Notes: a model not told the origin generated them from the letters alone. A stretch of 63,974 bases of DNA, filler included, from Octopus bimaculoides (GCF_001194135.2; 5 parts of 5 records of this genome joined end to end with filler, not necessarily neighbours in it), one strand, 5' to 3'. Positions 1-13,194 are shown, numbered from the whole stretch's first letter. Made by a program: numbers and translations.

Positions 1-95
1 ATGATTTATATTTTTATCAAATATTTTATAACCATACTGTGCATCATTGAGCAATTTTGAGAGCGGTATTAGGGCTAGACAGAAGAAGAGTGGTG

Positions 96-129
<34 letters not shown>

Positions 130-320
130 CTTTCTCCGTTTTCTTCCTCTGTTTAGACGAACTTTCCTAGCTTTTCGGACAAAACCTTTTGTAACCTTCG
201 TCCTGTCTTTGTCCTTATATGTTTTTAATTGATATTAGCCCTTGTGGCCAATAAAACGAACTAATTATTATTATTATTATTATTATTATTATTGTTATTA
301 TTGATATTATTATTATTATT

Positions 321-395
321 CAGGTCACTGCTCGGAATCGAACCTAGAATGTTGGGATTAGTAGCCTGCGCTCTTAACCACTACGCCATATGCCC
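321..395 (-). mobile_element. tRNA-derived short SINE head (tRNA-like), followed by (TAA)n
   Basis: Reverse complement GGGCATATGGCGTAGTGGTTAAGAGCGC...GGTTCGATTCC has A and B boxes; the anticodon stem is mispaired (loop CT-ACT-AA); runs into an (AAT)n tail. Confidence 0.65.
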
Positions 396-619
396 TTGGG
401 CATAAATATAGAACGATTCATTCTTATTTTTCATGTTTTGGTTGTCCTAGTAGCTGCAAGTAGCTATCTGCAAATAAAGAAGGCATCTATGGGGTATATT
501 TAGATTATATTATGTATAAACTAATCAGCGAATGACTTGAGTTATTGCCAATAAAGCACAGGATGTTCCAGAGACAAGACACGGACTATTCAGGAGTGTC
601 AACCATATGACGGTGCCTC

Positions 620-835
620 TAAGAAAACGTTTGTTCTGCTCGAAATAGCAATTAAATCACCCTCAGTTTATACCCTTCCGTCTTAGAAAAAGGATACGTT
701 GAATGAAATCCCGGATTCATTGCACATATGCTCCCGCTCACTACCCCACCCCAAAACGGTATAGTCATGGTTAGAAGGCCTTTGGACATTGTTCTACTCG
801 ATCAGAGTTGAATTAGGATTAAACAACAACAAAAA
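620..835 (+). mobile_element. Degenerate interspersed repeat (probable SINE 3' part with CAA tail)
   Basis: GAAATAGCAATTAAATCACCCTC...ATCAGAGTTGAATTAGGATTAAACAACAAC; related sequence recurs on the minus strand near 42905-43080 and 60615-60680. Confidence 0.4.
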
Positions 836-954
836 CAGAAACGGACGTGCAAGGAAGACCTTTCCATTTCAAATTGTATATTATGCTCTTTAAGTTCTCA
901 GTGCGAAATATCTTTTGTTTTGTAAATAGATTCCATCTGTATAGGCGTGGCATA

Positions 955-1092
955 GACGCAGGCGTGACTGTGTCGTAAGAAGTACACTACCCAGGTTTAG
1001 TCCCACGGCGTGGAACGTTAGGCAAGTGTCTTCTGCTATAGCACCGGTCTGATCAAAGTCTTAAGAGTGGATTCAGTAGACGTAAACTGAAA
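955..1092 (+). mobile_element. tRNA-derived SINE family 1, degenerate 5' fragment
   Basis: GCAGGCGTGACTGTGTCGTAAG...AGTCCCAC...GGCAAGTGTCTTCTGCTATAG matches the better copies at 46076 and 49808. Confidence 0.7.
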
Positions 1093-1109
1093 TTTCTCAG
1101 TTAATTTTG

Positions 1110-1429
1110 CATTAAAACTTTATTCTTACCTATGGTAGAAAACTTGTCGTATCTTCAGGTGTGTATTCGAAACCAACGATCACCCTTCGATTTTTTTGTA
1201 CTTCATATTTACATGGTATTATTTATAGCTTTATATCTTTATTTTATTATATATATTTTTAATTATGGATCTCGAAGCACAGGCATAAAGTCATAAATGA
1301 TAACATGTAAGTATGAGTTTGAAAATCTCTTTTGGATAGAAAAAATCGAAGGCTGACCGAGGTATTCGAATACACATCGCCTGAAAAGACGACAGGCCTT
1401 CTGCCATTGGTAACAATAAAGTTTGAATG
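1110..1429. repeat. Imperfect inverted repeat, ~88-bp arms (1110-1197 and 1340-1429)
   Basis: Right arm AAAAAATCGAAGGCTGACC...GTATTCGAATACAC...CTGAAAAGACGACAGG...GGTAACAATAAAGTTTGAATG matches the reverse complement of the left arm. Confidence 0.75.
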
Positions 1430-2287
1430 GAAGATGGACGGGGAAATTTGAAGGATTACTTTAGTCTAATGCTTGAACGTCTGTCATGACAACACAGAAA
1501 ATCTAGGTTCGAGTCTCACGTGCGGCCATCGGCTTTTTCTACCCAAGAGAGTCATTCAACCTAATATTAACATGGTATAGTGCATAGCTTTATGTAACTT
1601 CTTTGAGATCCGCTCTTCCAAAGAAAACAAAAACAAAAAATCAGTTGACATTCTTTCGAAAGTTTATGAATTTGCTAAGACGTAATCTATATATGTTAGC
1701 ATTTTTATTTCCCACCGCCGATAAAAGACCCATTTTTGGATTACAGACGAAATTAAAATTAAAATCTGTAGCTCTCTTGATTTCTTCCTGTTTGTTAGCT
1801 GAAGAAATGAGGTGCAATTTGGTTAAAATGAAGAGAAATGAATAGACTTCAAAGTAGAATAAAATAGAAAACTTTTTGCCAGAAGATACTCTGAATATTC
1901 GCGTCTTTAAAATTGGCTTTATCTAGAAAGATCAGATAACATAGTTCCATATTTGACCAATCGATTCAAAGAAGGGAAGGAAAAAGGACAGAAATTACAA
2001 GAAAAAAAAAACCAAAAGCAAAAGAAAAAAATACAGAAGTTCTATTTACTGCCAAACAACAAGCGATAAGACATATTTTGTGGGAGAGCGATAAACGAGA
2101 CAAAAGAAATGAAACGGAGGTTGAGAAAGAGGGAGAAAGAATGAGAACGTGAGGTCATAATAAAGAGAGGAATCGAAAGTGTTTATACAAGTATGCACAC
2201 ACATATATAACCATACGCCAGAGAAGTCGGGAATCCGACTTATGGCTCGGAAAGGACGTTTGATCGTAATCTATACATACTAGCGTG

Positions 2288-2318
<31 letters not shown>

Positions 2319-3417
2319 TCATAGGTATGTGTGTATATACATGCATATATATGAATATATATGAATATATATATATATCNNNNNNNNNNNNNNNNNNNNN
2401 NNNNNNNNNNNNNNNNNNNNNNNNNNNNNNNNNNNNNNNNNNNNNNNNNNNNNNNNNATATATACATATATACATACACATACAAAATTATGCACACATA
2501 TATATACATGTATGTGTGTGTGTGTTTGTGTGTTTACGAAGAGAAAGAGAGATAGAGAGAGGGAGGGGAGAGGGAGGGGAGAGGGAGGGGAGAGAGGGGG
2601 ATAAGATAGAAAGATGAAATTTGACATCTTTAGTTGAAATCGTTGCAACCGTCGGTAAAATGAACAAAGAAATACGAAAAAAAAAAACCCCAAAGAAAAG
2701 TTAAAAAAAACAAACACGGCGTTGAGAGGAAGATAACAGAAAGAAAAGACCTTATCGTGCTTAGGATTCACCACAGTTATGAATTATTTATTTTCTTGTT
2801 TACTTAATATGATCCACGATACGAACGAAGTTAAGACGTAACATCGGCAAAAACTTTCCACAGGAAATCAGTTGTTAATCTCATTATAATGCTTGAGTGA
2901 CACAAACAAGGAAATCTTTCCTTTGCTTCTCCTAAAACTGGAGAAATGTGATAGAAATACGTGATCTGCAAAAAGTTACTGCCATTTGATTGCGAATGTA
3001 TTATCGATTTCAAACAGTGTGTGTGTATGTATGTATGTATGTATGTATGTATGTATGTATGTATGTATATATGCATGTATGTATGTATGCATGCATGCAT
3101 GCATGTATGTATGTATGTATGTATGTATTTATGCACGTACGTACGTATGTATGTATACATATTACCTATGCATACGTATATATGTATGTGTGTGTATGTG
3201 TGTGAGTATTTATGCATGTACATACATCTATAGATAATATACGTAACCATATACCAACCTACTCACCTACCTACCTACCTACCTACCTACCTACCTACCT
3301 ACCTACCTACCTACCGACATACATACATACACACTCACACATATATGTCATTTATGTATATATATATATATATATGTACACATATATATATATATACATA
3401 CACACACACACACACAG

Positions 3418-3462
<45 letters not shown>

Positions 3463-3615
3463 CATATACATAACTGTTTGGTGTTGGTTTTGAGTGGGCT
3501 TATATTTGCTGTGTCAGAGATATCACGCTTGAGGGGGAATGATGGCATGATAATGCTACCAATTTTGGTTGCTTTGCATTCAAAATATGAAATGTAGAAG
3601 AGTTTGTTGATAATG

Positions 3616-3665
<50 letters not shown>

Positions 3666-4401
3666 CATAGATAGACGACTGTTATGCAGGATATGCTATA
3701 AATGTCCATATGGAATGTGCTACCATGCATAATGCACATCTAAATATTCATCATAAAAACATCATGTATAAACATTTAGTGTTGCACAACTACGACAAGA
3801 GGAGATAATTAACAATCCAATACATTAGCTTTCAATATTTCATTTTATGTAATAAAATATAATGATGAATAGTATGAAAAATAATCGAAAAATGAAGTGT
3901 TTTATTATATTGTGTAATTTTGCTTTCCTTAATAATAAAAATTGGTTGGGGGGGAAAAGTTTTACAGTTTATGTTGTATGCGCTTTTGATATTAATATAT
4001 TAATTTCGATTTTGGCGGAGAGAAAAAAGATTATGTAACATATATGGTGTTTTACGTTACAAAGATCTATGTATGTATGTATGTATGTATGTATGTATGT
4101 ATGTATGTATGTATGTATGTATGTATGTATGTATCTATCTATCTATCTACCTATCTATCTATCCATCTATCCATCCATCCATCCATCCATCCATCCATCT
4201 ATCCAATCCATCTATCTATATATCAACCTGTGTAACTCTCTAGTAAAGAAATCTATCTAACTCTACCTATCTACCTGTCAGTTTGTATGTCTGTCTCTTT
4301 CTCTCTCCCCCTCTCTCTCTCTATATATATATACACATACATATATTCTCTCTCTCTCTATGTGTGTGTGGTGTGTGCATGTGCGTGTGCGTGTGCGTGT
4401 G

Positions 4402-4477
<76 letters not shown>

Positions 4478-4612
4478 ATTGGGACAGAGCCAGACGGATA
4501 GATCGATCAAGCTACTGATAGATCGATAGTTTAATATAAATTGTTGTTGTAAGTATTTCGAAGAGAAATAAGCGTATTGTATATAGGCAAAATATCTCAT
4601 GGCAAAAAAACA

Positions 4613-4646
<34 letters not shown>

Positions 4647-5606
4647 AATAATAATAAATAAGTAAATAAATAACAAGAATCAAATAAACTAAATAAAAAA
4701 GCAAAGTTCTTTTTTACTTATAGTTCCTTATTTTGCTATTTGAGGCCTACTGAGTGATGTAAGAGAGTAGCATACACACACACGCACATACATACACATG
4801 CGTACACGCAGGCACGCTCATACACATGTATATACACAAACACAAAAGCATACACACTCAAACACAATTACATTGTGAAACGGAGATTGCTCTTTCTGCA
4901 AAACATGACAAGTTAGAAAATATGGATTATTTATTTATTTATGGATATTTGCGTTGTTCTGTTGAGGATTTTCAAATTCCGTGATTTGCATATTTTTTCA
5001 AACTGTTCGAACTGATAAAAAAAGAAAAGTCTAAAGTGCTCAGGATTTAACTTTTCTTCACAATAATATGAAGGCATCGTCTAAAAATTCATGCATGAAT
5101 GTGTGATTTCTTCTTTTTTGTCTATGATTCTGCTTGTACTGTTTTACCTCATATTATATTTTTTCCAATAAGCTCTTGTCAATTATCATGTGTGAGGTTA
5201 TTGCAGCTATAAATTAACTTTAGTTGTCACGTTTTGCCCGTTTCTTGTCTATTAAATCAGAATTTTTCTTTGTCGTAAAGATAAATACTGCCATTTTCCT
5301 TCAGGTCAATAATTTTCTGTCAGCTTCGTGTCGATCACTTCCTGGAGGACATTTATATACTTTTCCTATATTTTCTGTTGCAAATTATATATTATTTCGA
5401 AAGCGTGTGTACTACCCACTAATTTTAAGGTGCATTGAAAAGCGCCCTGCTTAGATTCGTGCAAGTCTCACCAACGTATGACACGTTACGACCTTAAATA
5501 ATATTGCATACGCAAGTGAACTTTCAACTCTTCATTATCTCTCTCTTAAGAGACCTTTCACACAAACATGTTCAAAATGACTGCGCGTACACACATATCC
5601 ATCCAT

Positions 5607-5641
<35 letters not shown>

Positions 5642-5904
5642 TCCATCCATCCATCCATTCATCCATCCATTTGTCCACCCATCCACCCATCCATACACAT
5701 ATAAGCGCACACACACACATGCGTGTATTTGCATGCAAGTATGTATGCATGAACTTTTGTATAATGTATTATATTTTAATGGGCATGCTCACAATAATTT
5801 TAATCGTTTTAGCCATAAGGTGGCCATCTTTATTCCTGTTTTTCAGACATGTCTGAAAAATGCTAAATCAGGTTGTGGGATTCACTAAGTCTAAAATAGT
5901 TTGA

Positions 5905-6010
5905 TGTCATCTTAGCGTTTCATCCTTTCGGGGTCGATAAAATAAGTAACACTAGGGTCGATGTAATCGAGTAACCTCTTTCCGTCAAAATGGTGTCAAA
6001 ATTAGAAACA
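5905..6010 (+). mobile_element. SINE family 3 central/3' fragment
   Basis: TTTCATCCTTTCGGGGTCGATAAAATAAGTA...GGGTCGATGTAATCGA; the same block occurs on the minus strand at 56620-56680 and 59470-59603. Confidence 0.6.
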
Positions 6011-6069
6011 ACAACAACAGCAAAATAAGCAACAACAACAAGAACAGCTGCAACAACTATTATTATTAT

Positions 6070-6358
6070 TTCTTTTTATCACAAATTTTGTTGGAACTCC
6101 TGGAGTTTTGCATACGTAAGAGGCTTGCTGCCTGCAGAGCCTCCCATACTATCCATTCTTTCCAGCTATCTAATACTTTCCTGATTATTCTGGCCGTACC
6201 AAAATGGCAAACCTTTTGTAACAATTCTACTTGGCACTCTTTTCCAATTTCCTTGATATTCCTCTTGATGCCTTCTGATACTATTCCCAAGGACCCAACA
6301 ATAATTGGCACTATCTTCTCCTTCTTCAGTTTCCATAGCCAGGCTATTTTATACTTGA
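6070..6358 (-). mobile_element. R4/Dong-clade non-LTR retrotransposon 3' end (RLE C-terminus)
   Basis: Translates to LWKLKKEKIVPIIVGSLG...LQKVCHFGTARIIRKVL; 3' end abuts (TAA)n. Confidence 0.8.
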
Positions 6359-6359
6359 A

Positions 6360-7500
6360 AGGGTTGTATTTAGGTTACGCCAACTGCAACGATTTCTGGA
6401 CGGTGAGCGTGTGTAGGCTCTGTTTTTGAGGTTCGTCTTTCTGCAGTTCGCCTCCGTGACGGAGCTGCAATCCTGGGTGAAAAAAAGACCGAGACTTGGC
6501 GCCTAGAACCTAGAATGTCATCAGGTGCTCACAGCTCTCTAGCAGTCGGGAAATGGGATAGTTGGATGTTCCGCTTTAGGAATTTATAGAGGATTAGTGG
6601 CGGGGAAGTACGATGACATTCTCTGGGAGACTCTGGGCGCCGACGAGAACGAACTGGCCAGCTTGTTCCGGTGGACTTTCCGGTCGGGAACTATCATGGA
6701 TAATTTCTAGATATCTTTGGCCTGGCAGTGCAACCGGAGGACGTTACCGCTTCGAGATAAACTCTATAGGTACGGATATGCTGTCAGACGGGCTTGTCGA
6801 GGTACCTGCACAGTGACGAAACCGTTCTGCATGCCCTTGTTCAGTGTCCGGCCATTGCTGACTAATGGAATTATGTCCAACAGCTGTTGTCACGTGTGGG
6901 ACGGATCCGTCTGTCAGCTGAGTTTATAGTGATGATTGCACCACCGCTCTCCTTTAATTAGGTAGGCAAGGCAGTTTTCCTTTGCCTGGTGGCTGTGACG
7001 AAAGAGGTTGTTTGGTGGACAAAGCTGAAAGGCATGAGGACAGATACATTCCGCTTTGGTAGAGCTCTCATTGACTTCTTCAAGTTTTACTTGAAAAGAA
7101 AATTGTGAGTGGAGAAGGAAGTGCTGTCCTCGAGTGAGTTTATTGAAAAATGGGGGGTGAAAGTTGCGAAAATGGCTGATACAAGAGTGGATGATACCTC
7201 TCTAAGTGTAGAGCTGTGAGCCGTAAAGAAGAAATTGCACCTGGGGTTTCAGGGAAATCTGGGACAGTTGGGTTCCTCGATAATCCCTAGAGGCCATCCC
7301 CTATCAAGAGAACCACATCTCTATCATCCTTCCCGCCATCCATTCTTTAAACCTTTGTAGCCTATGCATATGTCGCTTCTTTTTCAATGTATACTTAGCT
7401 TTTTTTATCATTTCATTATTATATGTAAACCCCAACAATTTGTGTCTGTCTTTGTATTGTTCCCCTCATCCTTCGCCTTTGTGTCAAATAAATAAAATCA
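6360..7500 (+). mobile_element. L1/Tx1-clade LINE 3' end, degenerate (C-terminal zinc knuckle and 3' UTR)
   Basis: LPLRDKLYRYG...ACR..C..SDETVLHALVQCP (CCHC-like), then LVAVTKEVVWWTKLKG...FFKFYLKRK, with stops and frameshifts; ends AAATAAAATC plus an (ATT)n array. Confidence 0.7.
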
Positions 7501-7523
7501 TTATTATTATTATTATCATCATC

Positions 7524-7576
<53 letters not shown>

Positions 7577-7617
7577 CATTATCATTGTCATCATCATTAT
7601 TATTATTATTGTTATTA

Positions 7618-7673
<56 letters not shown>

Positions 7674-7680
7674 GTTGTTA
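7500..7680. repeat. (ATT/ATC)n microsatellite
   Basis: Seen directly in the sequence. Confidence 0.95.
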
Positions 7681-7684
7681 CTTT

Positions 7685-8158
7685 TATTATGAAAGTCTCT
7701 CAGATAGTTCTTAATTACCGGTTATTCTTTACTTAAAAGTAGGCAACAACAAATCACCAAAGGTTTCAAGTACTGTCTTCTCCTGTGACTCAAAGAGACA
7801 ATATTCTCCTTAGAATGCGAGCTGTACTCAACAATGTTATCTTCTGGATCACCTCGAGCCTGACAGCAGATCCAATATTCTTAATATGTTTTTAAAAGCT
7901 CTTGGAATTCTCTAATTACCACCATTATCACCACTGCTTTCCTCATGACCCATAACTTACCTATCTCGTCCTGCAGTGGCTGGTATTTCCCTTTCTTGTC
8001 CGTTTCCTTACATTTCACCCTCGAATCACCTGGTATTGCAACATTTATTATCTTTGCTTCTTTTTCATCTTTATGGATGAGCACGATATTTGGCCATCTC
8101 GCCACTATGACTTGGTCGTACAGCGTGTTAAAATCCCAGAGATTTTTGTAATTCATTG
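7685..8158 (-). mobile_element. R4/Dong-clade RLE fragment
   Basis: NYKNLWDFNTLYDQVIVARWPNIVLIHKDEKEAKIINVAIPGDSRVKCKETDKKGKYQPL matches the LWD..RPD..D.AIP.D..KE..K..KY signature; 3' end in (TAA)n. Confidence 0.85.
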
Positions 8159-8181
8159 TTGTTGTTATTATTATTATTATT

Positions 8182-8217
<36 letters not shown>

Positions 8218-8231
8218 ATTATTATTATTAT

Positions 8232-8668
8232 TATTGTTGTGGGATGAAAACTCACAGTTTATTTTGTTGGGTATGATGGAAAGTGTCAACTGTCCACAGT
8301 CACCAGACTAAGGTGACACTTGTTTACTGGTCATGCTTCAAGAACCCTTTAAAGAATTCTTGCAGTCCCAACCAATGCTGATTTCTGTAGGTGTTCTCCC
8401 TTCACACTTGTACCAATCTTTTTCAGCCATGTTGTTAGTTGACTGCTGTTACTTCCAATTGTACCAATTACTATTGGTATCATGTCTACTCTCTTCATTG
8501 ACCACAAGCTTCGTATTTCCCACTTTAAATCGTCTTATTTTTCTTCTTCTTTCACACTGATGCTGTTGTCAGCGGGGCATACTATGTCGATTATTATGTT
8601 TATTTCTTCTTTCTTCAAATTTTCTTCCATTTCTCGCCGAGTGATTTCCGTACACCTAGGGCAGAAAA
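8232..8668 (-). mobile_element. R4/Dong-clade RLE fragment (distinct subfamily)
   Basis: IIIDIVCPADNSISVKEEEK*..EIRSLWSMKRVDMIPIVIGTIG...LQKSALVGTARIL; 3' end in (TAA)n. Confidence 0.8.
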
Positions 8669-8780
8669 GAAGAAGAAGAAGAAGAAGAAGAAGAAGAAGA
8701 AGAAGAAGAAGAAGAAGAAGAAGAAGAAGAAGAAGAAGAAGAAGAAGAAGAAGAAGAAGAAGAAGAAGAAGAAAAATAAA

Positions 8781-8867
<87 letters not shown>

Positions 8868-8895
8868 AAGAAGAAGAAGAAGAAGAAGAAGAAGA
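8665..8895. repeat. (GAA)n-(TAA)n-(GAA)n compound microsatellite
   Basis: Seen directly in the sequence. Confidence 0.95.
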
Positions 8896-8899
8896 CACA

Positions 8900-9677
8900 A
8901 GATGTAAGATCAGAGCTTGGTTACAAAAAACTACCAGGCTAACGTCCTACAAACTGGATCTGACCCTAAATGCAGATTCTGCGATAAATTTGATGAAACA
9001 ATAGACCATCATGCCTCGGGATGTCCTGTAGTGACACCAAACGAATATACGATAGGGTAGGACAATGTTTACATTGGAAAGACTACAAAATCAGCACTCC
9101 TGCTTACTGGTATGAACGTCATCCTGAGCCAGTAGTTGAGGGTAAAATTGTCACTATCCTCTGGGATTTTCCAGTCAACACCGACAGAACGACCCAGGAT
9201 AATTGGCCAGACATAGTCATTAAAGACGGAGAAGATAATGCTTGTAGACTAGTAGATATAAGTGTTCTCACTGATAAAAATATATCTGTAAAGGAATTTG
9301 ACAAATTTAGTAAATATAAAGACCTGTAAATTGAAATACAAAAATGTAGCACCTTGAAGCGAGAACTGTCCCTTTTATTGCGGGTGCCCTTGGTATGATA
9401 AGAAATGGACGCCAGAAACATCTAGATAATATCCCAGGACAACAATGTCTCAGAGAAATCCAAAAGATTGTGTTGTCAAATACTGCCCACATCCTTAGAA
9501 AAACCTTATCAATTTAAATGTCTGTATTGCACTACATGAAAATATTTCACTACTTCCCCTGCCACTTGCTCCTCCCCAAGTTTTCAGTCATGCTGTAACA
9601 TCTCTTATCCTTCACTCGCCCTAGGACGCTGGGTGTATCTCGACAAGTAATTGTAACAAACATGCAGATTAAAAGTA

Positions 9678-9680
<3 letters not shown>
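8900..9680 (+). mobile_element. R4/Dong-clade fragment: CCHC knuckle, RLE and 3' UTR
   Basis: DPKCRFCDKFDETIDHHASGCP...ILWDFPVNTDRT...PDIVIKD...LVDISV...KEFDKFSKYKDL...GALG...TAHILRKTLSI; followed by a long (TAA)n. Confidence 0.9.
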
Positions 9681-9749
<69 letters not shown>

Positions 9750-10059
9750 TCTAATAATAACAATAATAATCATTTCTACTTACGCCTATTGTAGATAGAA
9801 TTATTATAGTTATTATTGCTTGGCAGCAGTCCTGAAAGCGGCCAGGTTCGTACATTTTCCAGAGGTTGGATCTTAGCAACGCACTGTCGCGAATGCTTGA
9901 TCAAAGGCCAGTATTCATAGTTATCTCTCAGAACCGTATCATATCGCGCGCTCTGTTCATCAAAAGCTTTCTTTTAAAGTCAAGTTCTTAGATAGCGATA
10001 GAATTGATAAATGCAACACATTTATGTTAAGCAGTATTGGTGGCGGTGGTGGTGGTGGG

Positions 10060-10250
10060 GGCAAACACAGACACAAAAGCACATACACACACATATACGA
10101 CGGGCTTTTTTAGTTTTCGTCTACCAAAGCCACTGACAAGGCTTTTATTGACTCGAGGCCTTAATTGACGACACTTGCCCAAAACACCACGCAGTGGTAC
10201 TGAACCTAGAACCATGTGGTTGGGAGGCAAAAATCTTACAATACATTCGC
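10060..10250 (-). mobile_element. SINE family 1, partial
   Basis: CGACGGGCTT...CTACCAAA...GACACTTGCCCAA...CCACGCAGTGGTACTGAACC. Confidence 0.75.
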
Positions 10251-11407
10251 GTCCGTGTATATGTGTATATGTAAATATACATGCTTGTCTATAATTTTCA
10301 TTAAAACTATAAAGCACAGACACACTCATATCGAATGTACATATGGAACTTTATATACAGAGACATTCACATACATGGGTTAACTGCCCAAAACTTCGAA
10401 GTCACTGTTAATCATATTGCTGTTTAAGAATAATAAATTTGTACTCTACAAAAGTATTGAGTAATCCTTCAGGTTAATGCAAAACTGTTTTTTCTAATAC
10501 CTGGACAGAAAAGCAAATTTGAATATATTACATATATANNNNNNNNNNNNNNNNNNNNNNNNNNNNNNNNNNNNNNNNNNNNNNNNNNNNNNNNNNNNNN
10601 NNNNNNNNNNNNNNNNNNNNNNNNNNNNNNNNNNNNNNNNNNNNNNNNNNNNNNNNNNNNNNNNNNNNNNNNNNNNNNNNNNNNNNNNNNNNNNNNNNNN
10701 NNNNNNNNNNNNNNNNNNNNNNNNNNNNNNNNNNNNNNNNNNNNNNNNNNNNNNNNNNNNNNNNNNNNNNNNNNNNNNTATATATATATATATATACACA
10801 CACATACATACATACACCAGTATATCAAGTACACTCATATGTACATACTCATCCATACACACACACACACAGGTATATATAGATATATGCATATATGCAT
10901 ACATATATGTATATAGATGTATATATGTGTGTGTAAGTATGTGTGTATGTGTGTGTAAGTATGTGTGTATGTGTGTGTACGTGTGCATACACAAACAAAA
11001 ACATGTCGCTTCTATATGTGCACGCACATACAGACACAGCACGGCGTCATCGTAGAATATAATTTCGGAGATTAATGGCGTAAGAAATTCGTTTATCATT
11101 GCTAGATAATCCCATTTTACTTTGCATTAGCATGAACTAAATGCTGTATGTATTATGTATTTCAATACACACCTGAGTGATCATTATCTTGCCTTGAGTG
11201 TCTTTGCACTCCTTTGTTTCGATATCCATGCCTCTCTGAAACTTTCTACTATCAGCTGCGTATATACATACAAATATAGAAACAGTTAAATAAATGTATG
11301 CGAATTTCTCTCTCTCTCTTTCTTTCATTCTCTCTCTTTCTCACTCTCTCCCACTCCCTCTCTGTCTCTATACATACATACATACATACATACATACATA
11401 CATACAT

Positions 11408-12693
11408 ACATCCTATAAGTTCTGTCCGAATTTTGAATAAAGAAAACAAGTGATCAAATGTTATATTTAATTGAAATTTAATCATCAATGTACTTTCCCC
11501 GATTATCTATGATTTCCTTCCATCTATTTTTAAGCTTTTTAATCCCATCAATGTAAGACTCTTGGTTTCAAAACAAAGAACTCTGAAATGTCACTTTCAA
11601 CCTCTTCCTGGCTTGTGAAAGTTATGTCCCCCAAATGATTCTGTAAGCTACGAAACAAATGGTAGTCTGAAGGAGCAATGTTAGGAGAATAAGGCGGATG
11701 GGGAATTTTTTCCCAACCAAGCTCTTCGATCTTCTGTGATGTAATCTTTGCAGTGTTGGGTTGCGCATTGCCCTAATGAAACATCACTCCTTTACAATTC
11801 ACTGAAGCGGGTCTTTTTTTCTTCAAAGCTTTGTTCAAACGCTCTAATTGCTGACTGTAGACTTGAGCATTGATTGTTGCATTAGGTGGTAACAATTCAA
11901 AGTGAATTACTTCTTTGTAATCTCACCAGATAGAGAGAAGAACCTTTTTCACATGAAGTTCCCTTCTCGGTTGGGGTTGAGCTTTTTCCCTTTTACCAAG
12001 CCACTGTTTACGATGTTTAACATTTCGATAGAAGATCCATTTTTCATCACAAGTCACAAGTCAATCTAAAAAGGGTGAAATGAGTTCGCGAGAATGGAGA
12101 GAAGAGCAGGTGTCAACTCGGGATTTGCGGTTGCTTTCGAACAATTCACGAAGCACCCATTTTCCAAGTTTAGGAACCTTTCCAAGTTGTTGAAGATAAT
12201 GATGAACAGTTTCATGGTTTGAACTAAGCTTTATTGCCAATTCTTCAACTGCTAATGAAGGATTTTCTTCAAGTAATGCCTCAAGGAGCTTATCATCAAA
12301 CTCAACTGGAAATCCTGTTCGATCTTCATCTTCAAGGCTGAAATCTCCACTTCTGAATTTTGCAAACCATCTTCTGCAAGTTCTTTCATTCAGGCATTCT
12401 TTCCCATAAACTGAGTATATGTTTCTAGTCGCTTCGGCTGCAGAGTTTCCTTTTTTTGTTTGTACTCCTAAAGCATTATGTGCCTCAAATGCTCTTTGGA
12501 TACTTCCATGTTAGAAAGGGTTTTGATCAAACAAATTTTAATTCTATTATTCTGTAAAATAATATTTAATTAGTTTAAATGTACACAAATGCATAAAAAT
12601 AATTTTTAATCCCATTAGACATTCTAAAATACTATTAAATATCATTCAATGTTAAAAAAGGTAAAATCGGACAGAACTTATGGGATGACCTGA
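11408..12693 (-). mobile_element. Near full-length mariner (Tc1/mariner) transposon
   Basis: TIRs CATCCTATAAGTTCTGTCCGAATTTT (11408) and AAAATCGGACAGAACTTATGGGATGACCTGA followed by TA (12663-12695); transposase pseudogene in between. Confidence 0.92.
11478..12509 (-). pseudogene. Mariner DD34D transposase pseudogene
   Basis: MEVSKEHLRHIML...WFAKFRSG...WVLREL...TCDEKW...H*GNA...HPPYSPNIAPSDYHLF; several in-frame stops and frameshifts. Confidence 0.9.
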
Positions 12694-12973
12694 TATATAT
12701 ATATCAATAATAATAATAATAATAATAATAAAATGACAACAAAAGAATGAGACCTCGATATTAGGTAAATAGAGGAATTTATATATGTATAGTATAGGGC
12801 AATCAGTAAGTTGCCATAATAGGCAGGACTCAGAGTTTCAAATGTCCATTTCAATGTCTTTGCACTCGTTTGTTTCAATATCCATGTCCGTCTGAAACTC
12901 TGAGTCCTATTATGACAACTTACTGATTATCCTATAATATGCATAGACACTCACACACACATACACACATACA

Positions 12974-13009
<36 letters not shown>

Positions 13010-13194
13010 TATTTATATATATATACATACATACATCTCCTTTATGTATACTCGTATATATTTTGTATAAAAATATATATATGTGTATATGTGTGTGCAT
13101 GTGTGTGTGTATGTGTGTGTGTGTGTGTGTATGTGTGAATCTACATCTATCTATCTATCTATCTATCTATATATATATATATATATGCCTGTCT

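Noticed and set aside
321-395. Functional tRNA-Ser(ACT) gene
   Set aside because: Anticodon and acceptor stems are mispaired and it has a microsatellite tail; SINE-like.
2155-4650. Long ORFs such as [16 protein letters not shown] and poly-X ORFs throughout the track
   Set aside because: Translations of microsatellites or N gaps.
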